Virus record (IMG/VR): IMGVR_UViG_3300034072_000446
Origin: an uncultured virus (IMG/VR IMGVR_UViG_3300034072_000446)
Taxonomy: Duplodnaviria; Heunggongvirae; Uroviricota; Caudoviricetes
Strand: one strand, 5' to 3'
DNA: 64,000 nucleotides
Positions 35,258-44,975 of the stretch are shown piece by piece. Within the stretch, counting starts at the first letter, position 1. The number at the start of each line of letters is the position of its first letter. A program made the position numbers and the translations under genes. Below the pieces are notes generated by a model. That model saw nothing but the letters and a program-made list of their open reading frames with translations, was not told the DNA's origin and did not search any database.

Positions 35258-35690
35258 ACTTAACTTTCTTTACGATACTGGTTTCTACACCCTTAACCTT
35301 CTCCATCGTACGCTGGGCACCAATGCCAAGCATACCAAGGATAAGCATCAAGAGATTCTCAGTATCAACCACAGGCATTTGCCCTGCCCAACCGTTAAAC
35401 CGTGCAATAGTCTCAGCGAATGGAGATAGCACGAATTGCCAACCGAGACCTGCCGCGCACAACCAACCAACAGCGGGTCGCCAACCTGCAACAAACAAGC
35501 TCGGATGTTGGGCTTCGACCTTATTGACTTCGATCTGGCCCATGAGTTCTTCATGAAACCTTGCGTCAGCTTTGTCTTTAAGTTGTTCAAGTTGAAGGAT
35601 AATTTCATTTCTCTTATCCTTGTCAACAATAGCTTTACCGGCGAGGTCTTTAACAGCGCCGATGATATCACCTATAATCGGAATACCCAT
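35256..35690 (-). CDS. 3TM holin-family protein
   Basis: QIEVNKVEA..SLFVAGWRPAVGWLC and GMLGIG..RTMEK motifs. Confidence 0.85.
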   Translation of the reverse strand: MGIPIIGDIIGAVKDLAGKAIVDKDKRNEIILQLEQLKDKADARFHEELMGQIEVNKVEAQHPSLFVAGWRPAVGWLCAAGLGWQFVLSPFAETIARFNGWAGQMPVVDTENLLMLILGMLGIGAQRTMEKVKGVETSIVKKVK

Positions 35691-36391
35691 TAAACCCTCC
35701 CGTATCCAGCCTTCTTAAAGGCCTCTTGGAATTTTACTGCGTACGAAGCAATCAGCATTGCCTTGTCCGTTAGGTTAATAATACGCCTCGCGTTAGCAAA
35801 TCTTCCGACAGTCTCTTCCGCATTAGGAAGATGACGTGCAAGGGTATGTCTCCCTTGACTATCAGAAGAAAACCAACCTTCTGTCATTCCCTTGACCATT
35901 ATATTCGCGGAAATGTCAGGATCGAGAGCGAGATCAAGATTACTGATAAGCTTCCCACCAAGACCAAGTTCTCTATCCGCCTTCTTGTAATTCTCTTCCC
36001 ATGTAAGCTGTACGTCCCCTCGTCCGTACCACGGGTAGTATCTTAGATTCTTCCTACGCCACGAGTTACTTGCACTAAGGCCTTCGCGTACAGGGACCAT
36101 CTTGCGAGCAGTCTCGTGATACGAAGTAGCCATTGCGTACGCTGCCCAAGATAGAGGGAAGCCGGCCTCTTGAAAGGCCTTGATCTTAGCTTCCATTCCC
36201 TTTACTTGTGTGGCAGACAGCTTGCCATTAAACAGACTGCCTCGTACGTCATCAAAGAACGTCTTAAGGTCGATCTGTCTTTTCTGATCTTCGGTTGTTG
36301 CTTTCTCAATCTCTGCCAGAATCTTCTGAAGCTGACTAAGAACTTCTGTGAGTGCTTGTTCTACACCGGGGACCATTAGCTCTTTATCCAT
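35690..36391 (-). CDS. Endolysin, GH19 chitinase-like
   Basis: AYAMATSYHET, YGRGDVQLTWEENY and ARRIIN motifs. Confidence 0.85.
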   Translation of the reverse strand: MDKELMVPGVEQALTEVLSQLQKILAEIEKATTEDQKRQIDLKTFFDDVRGSLFNGKLSATQVKGMEAKIKAFQEAGFPLSWAAYAMATSYHETARKMVPVREGLSASNSWRRKNLRYYPWYGRGDVQLTWEENYKKADRELGLGGKLISNLDLALDPDISANIMVKGMTEGWFSSDSQGRHTLARHLPNAEETVGRFANARRIINLTDKAMLIASYAVKFQEAFKKAGYGRV

Positions 36392-36591
36392 TCAAAGAAA
36401 GAAAACACAACACCGATTATCCCGGTGCCTGCGAGGGCGCTGGCTAACCAGAACGCCCCCACACCCTTATTGCGAAGCCCAAGAAGATCGTCTAGCTTTT
36501 CATTCTGCTTCTCTACTATTTCAGTAAGATGCGCCATCTGAACTTCTAGAGCTGTAATTCTCTCAACTTCACTCTTCGTCATTGTATTCAT
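36376..36591 (-). CDS. Small coiled-coil plus transmembrane lysis-cassette protein
   Basis: ERITALE coiled coil followed by a hydrophobic C-terminal helix. Confidence 0.65.
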   Translation of the reverse strand: MNTMTKSEVERITALEVQMAHLTEIVEKQNEKLDDLLGLRNKGVGAFWLASALAGTGIIGVVFSFFEWIKS

Positions 36592-39500
36592 CCCAAGGTT
36601 GTTCCTCCTCGTTATTGGACCCGAAGAGGTCCTCTCTTGCCATAAGCCGCATATCTTTACCGATCTGTTTCACCCACTTAACTTTCTCTTCATCAGAAGC
36701 TTCCTTCCACTCAGGGGTGGCCATAGCTTCCTTGACAGCAGCAGAGATAAGTTGCGACGAGTAATCACGGTACTGCTTGAGTTGCTTCTCATCGAGTTCA
36801 GGGATACCAAGAGTCTTAGCATCCGTCTTGTTACCGGTAGTGACAATATCCTTGTCTCCGCCAAGACGCTGAATCTCCTGTACAGCAGGGTCATCAGTGC
36901 TGCGATCCTTCATCTCAAACCCGCCACGCTCGTCCTTGTACGTCTGCGTGCCAATACCGAACAGGCCCGGAGCAGCCATTAGAGCACCCTTGCTGGTCCC
37001 TTCTTCCTGCATGATTTCATACGCATCCTGCAAGTACAAAGGAATCATACGCTTGGTAACAGCTTCGTCCATCTTGAACTCTTTACCAACAGCGTCAGTA
37101 CCGCGGTAGTAGTCTGCGACAAACGATGCAACAGGGCTGAACTTGTTTTCAAAGAACTTCTCAATTGCGTCAAGACGGTTCTCTTCACCGAACTTAGTTC
37201 CGTACTGCTTAACAACACCTGCGGTTGTCTTCTTTTCATTTGTCATAAGACGCGAAGCAAGAGTGATGTACTGCCCAAATCCGCCAAGGATATCGTAACG
37301 AGTATCACCAGTCTTAATCTTCATGAAGTCAGACGAACGAGGATCACCTTCAACATCTGCACCAGCAGCCTGAGCAAGCGAACCAATAGTCATGGCAATA
37401 GCACCAAGAGCCATCGTTGCCTTAAGCGCTTCCTTACGAACCATAGGATCGAGCTGTGCGTAGTAGAACGGATTCAACATCTGCACACGAGAAGCAATAA
37501 GCTTAGGAGAGAAGAACAATGCACTAAGGATAGGCATTGACTGATCAACATGTTTGATTGAGCCACGGCCAGTTGCATTGTTGATAAAGCTTCCCAAGTC
37601 CCTTAGAGCCTTGCTGTCTTCTGACAGGTCAGCCCCAACTTCAAGACCCTTCTTATAGATAGTGTCAAAGGTGTCTGCCCGAAGCTTGTTAAGGAAGCCG
37701 TTGTATGCACGCTCTGAAATACGTACGCCCGGAACTCTCCCGGCAAGCTTAGAAAGAAACGCTTCTTCTCTGCCACTGATACCATCTTCAAGTTCAGCAA
37801 TAAACAGTTTAGCGTTTTGCATTGCCTCATAAGTAGGACGACTTTTGATATCTTCTAGAAGGTCTAGATATGCTTTCTCGCTTTTAGCGTAGCTAAACAT
37901 CTTTGCGTATGCTTTCCAGAACTCCTTTCTTGACACAAGGTTAATACCCTGCCGGAAAGGAGCCGACATGTCATAAGTCGATTGCAGTGTACGGGGGATA
38001 TTGATAACATCCATGAAATACTCATAAGCCTTCGAGTAACCACGTTCAGCAGTACCCTTAGGATTCTTCTTGAGTTCATCAAGAGCGTTAGCCAATTGCT
38101 TCATTGACTCAACATCGCTAAGTCCATTCTTCTCTGCCTGAGCGAGAGCGTAGCGGACCTTGTTAGTACCAGCCTTGTTATTAATCGTCATCGTACGAAG
38201 AATGTTAAGGTTACGGCCCTGCGCAGACTTAATATCTTCAAGAGCTTTAAGCGCTTCAACAAACTGTCGAGTCTGAACAATAAGATTATCTCTGTCCTTA
38301 AGCGTCCACTTGTTTCCATCAAGCTTCTTCTGTAGGTCAGTAATCATGTTGAGCTTACCGATAACAAAGACTTCAGCAGCTTTGATATGTTCAGGATTAA
38401 TGCCGTCTGCCATCTTCTCAAGCTTATTGATGTTCATGCCAATACGCTCTGCCATGGCTTCAGTCTCTTCCCAAGACTGTGTGTACTTATCAGGAAGTTC
38501 CTTCTGAAGCTCCTTGATGAACTTAGCACTAGCTTCATCGTCCTTAGTGACAATCTTGTCTAGACGGAGACCACGAGTACGACCTCCTTCAGTGTCAGGC
38601 TTGGAGTACTTATTTGTCATGCGAGGATCAAAGTTAATAACGTCTTGTGGAAGACCCTCTTTGGCTAGAGCTGCTCGAACATCTGCTCTAAAGTCCCTTT
38701 CTTTAAGGGCTTTGTTCACATCCTTGATTCCCCAGAACTCTGCTTCACGATCAATAATATCTGAGACTCGGCGCTGGTCCACATTGTCATTAGCGTACAT
38801 ACGCATATAGCGATTACCCGTACGACCGACAGAGCGGCCACCGTCTGTAACCTTCTGGTGCGCCATAGAAAGGATAGCGTAAACTTCCTTGTCTGTGTAC
38901 TTCAGGTTCTTCAGACCGGGGATACGACGGGCGTACTGCTTAAGGAAAGCACGAACCTTATCAAGGATACGGGCTTCAAGCTTACCACCTTCAGAAGTCT
39001 CAGCAAGAATCTCTTCCACAGCATGAGCAATAGGATTGCCTGCCTGAGTACTGTTCTTAGCGAGCCAGCCATCTGCAGAGTTACGTACCATTTCATTGGT
39101 ATTGTACATCTGAGTAAGGACAGCATCAAGACGCTGACGGAACATACGCTCAAGGCCTACGTGGCCAAGAGCCTCATGAAAGGTGACAGCAGACAGTTCA
39201 TCTGCGTCCTTAATGTTGTGAGCAAGGATATACACCTTACCATCAACAGTAACACCAATAGCGTCTTCAGCGCCATCCTCAATGATATCCCTACGAACAT
39301 TGTCAGGAAGGTCTTCTAGACGGCCTGCTACAGAGAACTCAGGAGCAGCCTTCCAGTCACTAGTAATGTCATTGATATGGTCAACTGCCTTATTAACAGG
39401 CACACGAATAGGAGCAGTCTCAGGTTCCTTTACAGCACCCGGAGCACTAGCTGAAGTCTTCTTTGCGCTGTTCTCAATCGAGACAGCCTTCTTGCCCTTG

Positions 39501-40618
39501 GCAGGCTTAGGAAGGTCTTCTACCGTACGAGGAGTAGCGCTCTCATTAAGGAACGCAGGAGTTTCCTTGAATGGCCCCTTGACAGGCTGATTAAGGAAAT
39601 CAGGTGCTTCAAACGGAACATCTTCCTCTGCAGGCTTATCACCACCTTCGAAGATAACCTTCTGATCCTGCCCCTTCTTGTTGGCTTCTACATACCAACC
39701 AATGGCATTACGCTGTTCTTCAGTAAGCGGATACACCTTAGCGATGTCATCAACCGTACCGCCTTCCTCGATCATCTTAGTGATGCCGAGCATTTCCTCA
39801 TCGGTCCACTCACGAGTGCCTGCAGGCGCAGCTCCTTCAACAGCAGTGGTTTCATCGGTGCGCACAGTAGGTTCAGCTTCTACGCGGTCGCCAATACCAA
39901 GGCTACGGAACAGCCCATGGAGACCCGCCCCGAAAGCTCCCGCCATTGCGACACGAGCCGCTGCTTGCTCGGGAGTCAAATCTTCTCCCATTGCTTCAAG
40001 CGCACGATCAGTAAGAGGAACTTGAGCAAGTTCAGTTAGCGCGTTAACACCTGCTTCAGTGGCGAGGGCTTTACCCAAAGACATGCCCTTAGATAAACCG
40101 CCTGTAACAAGACTAGCTCCAACATTTAACGGATCGTGAATAAAAGACCCCAGCCCGCCGATAGTACCCAAAATTGGATTATCGTACACAGTCTTAAGGT
40201 CTGCAAAACGCTCTCCATCCCTCTGCAAAAGATTACGTTCAAATTCTTTACGATCTTTAGCGGTGACAAGACCTGCTTTCTTAGCGTCATTGAACAGTGC
40301 ATCATAATCGTATTTATCGACATCGAACATGTCCGAGCCAGGGATCAAACCCTTTACTGAGAAATAGTCCGTTACAGGATTCTTCCCCATCTTGGCTGCA
40401 AGATCAAAATACGCGTCTCTCTTGCGAGTAGTCTGCACATAAGGAATTTCATCCTTTGCCGTACGATAGCCAGCGGCAAGGCTCTCGCTTATAGCAGGGC
40501 TTTTAGGAGCCTCCGGCTGGACCGGGGCCTGAGCGGTTTCAGTCTGGTATTCTTCCCACGGACCTTTCGGTTCTTGGGCAGGTGTAGTCTGATATTCAAG
40601 CCACGGTTCATTAGCCAT
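36569..40618 (-). CDS. Large DNA-ejection (internal virion) protein with zincin-like motif
   Basis: About 1350 aa, last gene of the ejection block; FHEALGH...AVEE motif. Confidence 0.75.
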   Translation of the reverse strand: MANEPWLEYQTTPAQEPKGPWEEYQTETAQAPVQPEAPKSPAISESLAAGYRTAKDEIPYVQTTRKRDAYFDLAAKMGKNPVTDYFSVKGLIPGSDMFDVDKYDYDALFNDAKKAGLVTAKDRKEFERNLLQRDGERFADLKTVYDNPILGTIGGLGSFIHDPLNVGASLVTGGLSKGMSLGKALATEAGVNALTELAQVPLTDRALEAMGEDLTPEQAAARVAMAGAFGAGLHGLFRSLGIGDRVEAEPTVRTDETTAVEGAAPAGTREWTDEEMLGITKMIEEGGTVDDIAKVYPLTEEQRNAIGWYVEANKKGQDQKVIFEGGDKPAEEDVPFEAPDFLNQPVKGPFKETPAFLNESATPRTVEDLPKPAKGKKAVSIENSAKKTSASAPGAVKEPETAPIRVPVNKAVDHINDITSDWKAAPEFSVAGRLEDLPDNVRRDIIEDGAEDAIGVTVDGKVYILAHNIKDADELSAVTFHEALGHVGLERMFRQRLDAVLTQMYNTNEMVRNSADGWLAKNSTQAGNPIAHAVEEILAETSEGGKLEARILDKVRAFLKQYARRIPGLKNLKYTDKEVYAILSMAHQKVTDGGRSVGRTGNRYMRMYANDNVDQRRVSDIIDREAEFWGIKDVNKALKERDFRADVRAALAKEGLPQDVINFDPRMTNKYSKPDTEGGRTRGLRLDKIVTKDDEASAKFIKELQKELPDKYTQSWEETEAMAERIGMNINKLEKMADGINPEHIKAAEVFVIGKLNMITDLQKKLDGNKWTLKDRDNLIVQTRQFVEALKALEDIKSAQGRNLNILRTMTINNKAGTNKVRYALAQAEKNGLSDVESMKQLANALDELKKNPKGTAERGYSKAYEYFMDVINIPRTLQSTYDMSAPFRQGINLVSRKEFWKAYAKMFSYAKSEKAYLDLLEDIKSRPTYEAMQNAKLFIAELEDGISGREEAFLSKLAGRVPGVRISERAYNGFLNKLRADTFDTIYKKGLEVGADLSEDSKALRDLGSFINNATGRGSIKHVDQSMPILSALFFSPKLIASRVQMLNPFYYAQLDPMVRKEALKATMALGAIAMTIGSLAQAAGADVEGDPRSSDFMKIKTGDTRYDILGGFGQYITLASRLMTNEKKTTAGVVKQYGTKFGEENRLDAIEKFFENKFSPVASFVADYYRGTDAVGKEFKMDEAVTKRMIPLYLQDAYEIMQEEGTSKGALMAAPGLFGIGTQTYKDERGGFEMKDRSTDDPAVQEIQRLGGDKDIVTTGNKTDAKTLGIPELDEKQLKQYRDYSSQLISAAVKEAMATPEWKEASDEEKVKWVKQIGKDMRLMAREDLFGSNNEEEQPWDEYNDEE

Positions 40619-40620
40619 TG

Positions 40621-41529
40621 TTAATCCTTTTTCCAACTCTTAGGGTCAGCAGGGTTGCCTCCCATGAAGGTGTAACCACCCTTTTTAGTTCCGACAGCAG
40701 GTCCGCTGCCCTTAGGACGGGGCGTCGAAGTCTTACTAGAGGGACGAGCAACAGGGTTGTTACGTCGTTCAATTTGATTAGCTACATTACGTTCGTACGC
40801 AGAAGTTCTACGTGCTCCTTGAGCATTTTGAGCAGCCGCTCTACTAGCTTGAATACCAGTGCGCTGATCAGCATTCTCGTCTTGAAGATCGTGATACCTA
40901 CGAGTCTCTTCTGCAGCAATCTGTCGGTCTACAGGGAAGCCGCCATACCTGTAAGCTGCAATCAAATCAGGGTCGTACTTATCACCAAGGTACGGATCAA
41001 TCTCCTCTGCAGGTACACCATACCTTTGAGCAGACTGTCTAAGTAGCGGAGCCATCTTAGCATACGTCCTATCGTCTTTAATCGTACCAAGCATCCCTTG
41101 AATAATCTGACGACCTTGTTCACGACGCTTCTCTTCTGCCAGAAGCCTTTTAGTTTCCTGTTCCCTGTACGACTCAAGCATTTCATTGCCGAGCTTACCA
41201 TCAGCTTTGAACACTCGACGGATCGCAGTCATAGGGTCTTCATTAAACCCTCGCATTGCATCGCCGATCTGTTCTTGCTTACGAAGTTGTTCGTACCTAC
41301 CAGGACGACCTTCCATATTAGCACGGAAGTCTCCTGCCATACCAAGAAGATCGCGGAGTGTTCCTTTTACTCCAAACAGCCCTTTATGCTCAGGAGCAGG
41401 ATCGGACACAATAGGAGTAGTGTCAATCGTTTCAGGAATAACTTCTGATTGGTTTTGATTAGGGTTATAAATAGGAGGAGTTGCTCCTGCTTGTGCTCCC
41501 ATTCCGAGGAGATCAAAGATGCTTGCCAT
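40621..41529 (-). CDS. DNA-ejection protein
   Basis: Helical protein ending GYTFMGGNPADPKSW; position in the ejection block. Confidence 0.65.
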   Translation of the reverse strand: MASIFDLLGMGAQAGATPPIYNPNQNQSEVIPETIDTTPIVSDPAPEHKGLFGVKGTLRDLLGMAGDFRANMEGRPGRYEQLRKQEQIGDAMRGFNEDPMTAIRRVFKADGKLGNEMLESYREQETKRLLAEEKRREQGRQIIQGMLGTIKDDRTYAKMAPLLRQSAQRYGVPAEEIDPYLGDKYDPDLIAAYRYGGFPVDRQIAAEETRRYHDLQDENADQRTGIQASRAAAQNAQGARRTSAYERNVANQIERRNNPVARPSSKTSTPRPKGSGPAVGTKKGGYTFMGGNPADPKSWKKD

Positions 41530-42209
41530 TAGACCTCCAATTTACTATAGTCGACAGACCTGTAACCAGCAATAGTCGGACCAAGCGCTTCAGGCTTAAT
41601 CTTAGCGACTTCGTCAGCCATGACACCGACCCTCTTAACGTCGTCCCACAGGTACTCGTACTCGTACGTAGGAATACCCTCAGGGGTTTCTCCGATACGA
41701 ACAATGTTTCTCTTAAGACGAGGATCAGACATAGCCACCATCTGCGCCCCAAGAGCAAGCGCATTACCAAGACCGCTCTTGCCCTCTCCCCGAGAAGTGC
41801 TGTCAGACTTGCTGTACTGCCCTGCACTGGAAGCAAGAGACCCTGCAGAAATGCCCTGTTGATTAAGACCGAGGAGACGTTGCCAATAGTTATCTGAGTA
41901 TTGATTAGAAATGTCGTTAGCTACTCGAAGATAATTTTTACCAGCCGCCCCACTGTTCAATGCACCTTTGGCTGCAAGATTAGAAGTGACTCCTCGACTA
42001 CCGGCTTCTTGTGCAGCATCATAACCAGTGGTACGTTTAAAGGTGTCGAAACCAGTAGAGTCGCCACTAAGGAACGCCTTCATCAAGTCACCGGCAGTTT
42101 GAATATTACCTAGGCTTCCTTGAGTTGCGCCAGTGATAAGACTGTTATTTAGATTACCAGAATAGCTAGTGCTTTTAGATTTGCTAGGCCCTCCGAAAAT
42201 ACCGCCCAT
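41529..42209 (-). CDS. DNA-ejection protein with C-terminal peptidase S74-like domain
   Basis: G/S-rich N-terminus, AKGALNSGAA, SDPRLKRNI...GVMADEV...VDYSKL motifs. Confidence 0.75.
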   Translation of the reverse strand: MGGIFGGPSKSKSTSYSGNLNNSLITGATQGSLGNIQTAGDLMKAFLSGDSTGFDTFKRTTGYDAAQEAGSRGVTSNLAAKGALNSGAAGKNYLRVANDISNQYSDNYWQRLLGLNQQGISAGSLASSAGQYSKSDSTSRGEGKSGLGNALALGAQMVAMSDPRLKRNIVRIGETPEGIPTYEYEYLWDDVKRVGVMADEVAKIKPEALGPTIAGYRSVDYSKLEV

Positions 42210-42634
42210 TAATCAGTTCCTTCCCATTCTTCTTTTGTAAGTACAAATAGTTCCTCAGGGCCGTTGGGCGTGTGGACTATTCCATATGATTTGAAACCAA
42301 GTTGCTTGGTCATCCACCTTGCTCCTAAGTGTTTAAGAGGAGTTATCCCCCTGATGGCTTTTACATTGTAGTCAGTAAAGACTATACGTAGAATTTCTTT
42401 AGAAAGACTAAGAGCCTCTTTGCCTCGTACGGAGAAAAAGTAATGACCTGTATAGACTCCGGGGTAATTGTGTTCAAACAGAGCGACATTTCCCTTTTCA
42501 TCGACAAGAGCGATATTAGCAGTGTCTTCTAGCCATTCTTTAGGATAGAATCCTAAAATTCTTTCTCTGTATTGAGAGACTGCCTTCATGACAGTCTCAA
42601 CGTCATTAGTCCTTTCTATCAAGACCCGATCCAC
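42209..42634 (-). CDS. GNAT-like virion assembly protein
   Basis: H.FF..RGK.A and LGFKSYG pattern; conserved position before the ejection genes. Confidence 0.6.
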   Translation of the reverse strand: MDRVLIERTNDVETVMKAVSQYRERILGFYPKEWLEDTANIALVDEKGNVALFEHNYPGVYTGHYFFSVRGKEALSLSKEILRIVFTDYNVKAIRGITPLKHLGARWMTKQLGFKSYGIVHTPNGPEELFVLTKEEWEGTD

Positions 42635-42816
42635 TTCTTAGTATCTGCATTGTAGGTAAGAGTCAAAGTAGCACCATCTGCCGGATTATCGGGAAAAGAA
42701 ATAAGTTCTACTTTTTCCAACAAAGTCTGCCAAAGAAGTACGAAGAATGGAGTAGGAGCGCCAGTAGACGGATCGACAATTTGCGTATTCCAAGAAAGTT
42801 TGTCTATCTTTTTCAT
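42619..42816 (-). CDS. Small tail protein
   Basis: IVDPSTGAPTPFF motif; coupled to both neighbours. Confidence 0.55.
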   Translation of the reverse strand: MKKIDKLSWNTQIVDPSTGAPTPFFVLLWQTLLEKVELISFPDNPADGATLTLTYNADTKKWIGS

Positions 42817-44870
42817 CGCATATCGACTCCGTCTACTCGTGCAAGAGACCCATAATCAGTGAATCGGAAGATTCTGCCCGGAGCTTGGATCACACCAAGA
42901 CTTCTCCAAACCAACTCAAAAGTCCATTCGTCTGGATTAATTTCTAGAGAACCATGAGATACCCAAGTTCTGCCGTTATCGTCAGAAGTCTCCAAGGTTA
43001 CAATGGATAGAGACGAACCATCTACCGTTAAACCCTCTACAGGCATGGCGGGATCGACTAAATAAGGCCCTCCATCGCCATCCGTTAGGTAGGTGCCACT
43101 ATCGCCATCTATTAGATAAACAGGACTGCTCAAAGAAGGACTCCCTACTGAACCAGTTACATAGACTTCGTTACATTTTGTAGTTTCTCTCATACGGGCC
43201 GGGAAACCTGTTGTAAAAACTGTTTCAATAACAGTCACAGCAGTTCTATCCGTATTGTCGTCATACCTATAAGCAGGGTCAACAACCCATAGCGTTCCTG
43301 AATATATATCTCCGACTACCACAGGATTGCTTTTAATCAAAAGAGTGGAATCAGAATAAGGTATCTCAAGAGACGCAAAAACAGGACAACCCGCGTGTTG
43401 CCTTAGAATATCACTGTTATAATTGCTCCAGCTTGTCCACTGCTCTGACGTTACGTCGTACGCGAAAGTGTGCAAATCTCCAAGATTCAGAATATAGAAT
43501 AAATGCCCGTCTGCTGAATAGGTCCAAGTTCTAAACTTAAATACTAATTCTGCGGAAGTATAGTAATTAAGATTCTGCTGGAACTGACGAACTTTTTCTT
43601 CAATAGAATTAGTGCTGATTCTTTGAGGAGCCCCGCCAGAAACAGAATAAACAATTCCTGTAGTGTCCGCAAAGAAAAGCATATTATTAATTGTTACGTC
43701 AGTGCCTTCAAGTGCACCATAGTTCATCGTAAGGCCGTTGATCTTAGCAAACGGTAGATCGGGATCGCCAGTCGCTGCCCAGATTTCTATAGAGTCCCTT
43801 CCGAGGAACCACAACTGATCCCCTACGACTTGAACAGAAACAATGCTGTCAGGGTTACTTTCTGTCGTAGCAAAGGACAGCGGATCAATCCAAGTTTCTC
43901 CGGGATTGATCCAGTAGAACCTGCCAGAAGTCCCGTTGTATTGGGAATTGACAACAACAATTACATACGAGTTAATCGTTGCGACAGCCTTAACAGAAAT
44001 TTCTCTTAGGAACGGATCACCTTCGTCCGCAGGCAGAGGGACAGCATGAGATTGGAAATCTTTACCTGACCCTGCACCACCTGTAAAAGAACTAGAAGCA
44101 AAAGACATTACCGCTGTTGCTGATACACTTGCTTGTATAGTATTGCCTGACAGACCACCAGTAGCTGCATAAAAATTAACTACAGTAAGTCCGCCGTACT
44201 CATCTGCATTAACAAGGGGGTTCTTTGTAAGAATAGACGAGTAGTCTGATCCAGGTGTACCAACTGCATTGACCGCTCTAGTCAAGTTGAAAAAGGCTTC
44301 ACCTGCCACTACACCTCGATTAACTTTCCAAGGATTAGTAGAAGTTCCGTCAATTGTTCCAGTATCTACAGCACCGGGTGCAACAAACTTATAATACATT
44401 TCTCCCAACCGAACGATAGAATCGACTTCAGGTTGTGCTGTAAACGTCAAAGAATTAGTTGCAACAGGCAAATGACAATAGCTGTCTAGAGTAGTGCCTT
44501 TTACGAAGAAGAAATAAGAAGGCACTGACCCAATCGCATTAGAAAAGCAAGCACGATTAGTAGAAGTACTGCTTGACGAAAAAGAAGAAGATAGTGGTCC
44601 AATAACAGTAGCCTGTTCATCAAGACGCATGACTTGGTTAGTCTGGATAACAAACGTGTCATTTTGAAAAGCGCCGTCTTGCGAGTAAATAGAGAGTACC
44701 GGAGAATCTCCAAGATTGGTCCAAAACTTAAAACCGGGACGAAGGATAAGCGATGAACCTTCTACAAGATTTGTAGGATTTTGCTCGAAGAACCTATTTT
44801 GGACCTTCGCCACTGGCTCTTCAGCAGTTTCTCGTCTCCAGTCTGATTTAGCCAGTGGCAAATTAACCAT
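42813..44870 (-). CDS. P22 gp10-like DNA stabilization / tail nozzle protein
   Basis: SFATTESNPD, SIEIW, GHLFYIL, TFAYD...QW, SDDNGRTW and WRSLG motifs. Confidence 0.82.
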   Translation of the reverse strand: MVNLPLAKSDWRRETAEEPVAKVQNRFFEQNPTNLVEGSSLILRPGFKFWTNLGDSPVLSIYSQDGAFQNDTFVIQTNQVMRLDEQATVIGPLSSSFSSSSTSTNRACFSNAIGSVPSYFFFVKGTTLDSYCHLPVATNSLTFTAQPEVDSIVRLGEMYYKFVAPGAVDTGTIDGTSTNPWKVNRGVVAGEAFFNLTRAVNAVGTPGSDYSSILTKNPLVNADEYGGLTVVNFYAATGGLSGNTIQASVSATAVMSFASSSFTGGAGSGKDFQSHAVPLPADEGDPFLREISVKAVATINSYVIVVVNSQYNGTSGRFYWINPGETWIDPLSFATTESNPDSIVSVQVVGDQLWFLGRDSIEIWAATGDPDLPFAKINGLTMNYGALEGTDVTINNMLFFADTTGIVYSVSGGAPQRISTNSIEEKVRQFQQNLNYYTSAELVFKFRTWTYSADGHLFYILNLGDLHTFAYDVTSEQWTSWSNYNSDILRQHAGCPVFASLEIPYSDSTLLIKSNPVVVGDIYSGTLWVVDPAYRYDDNTDRTAVTVIETVFTTGFPARMRETTKCNEVYVTGSVGSPSLSSPVYLIDGDSGTYLTDGDGGPYLVDPAMPVEGLTVDGSSLSIVTLETSDDNGRTWVSHGSLEINPDEWTFELVWRSLGVIQAPGRIFRFTDYGSLARVDGVDMR

Positions 44871-44975
44871 TGTTTACTCCTTTGTGAAATCTTTTCCTAT
44901 CACCATCCCGTATTTGCGTTGTCAGCCACAAGTACCCGGCGTTCCCGCCGCGACCGAAAACATGTTGGGTTGCCC

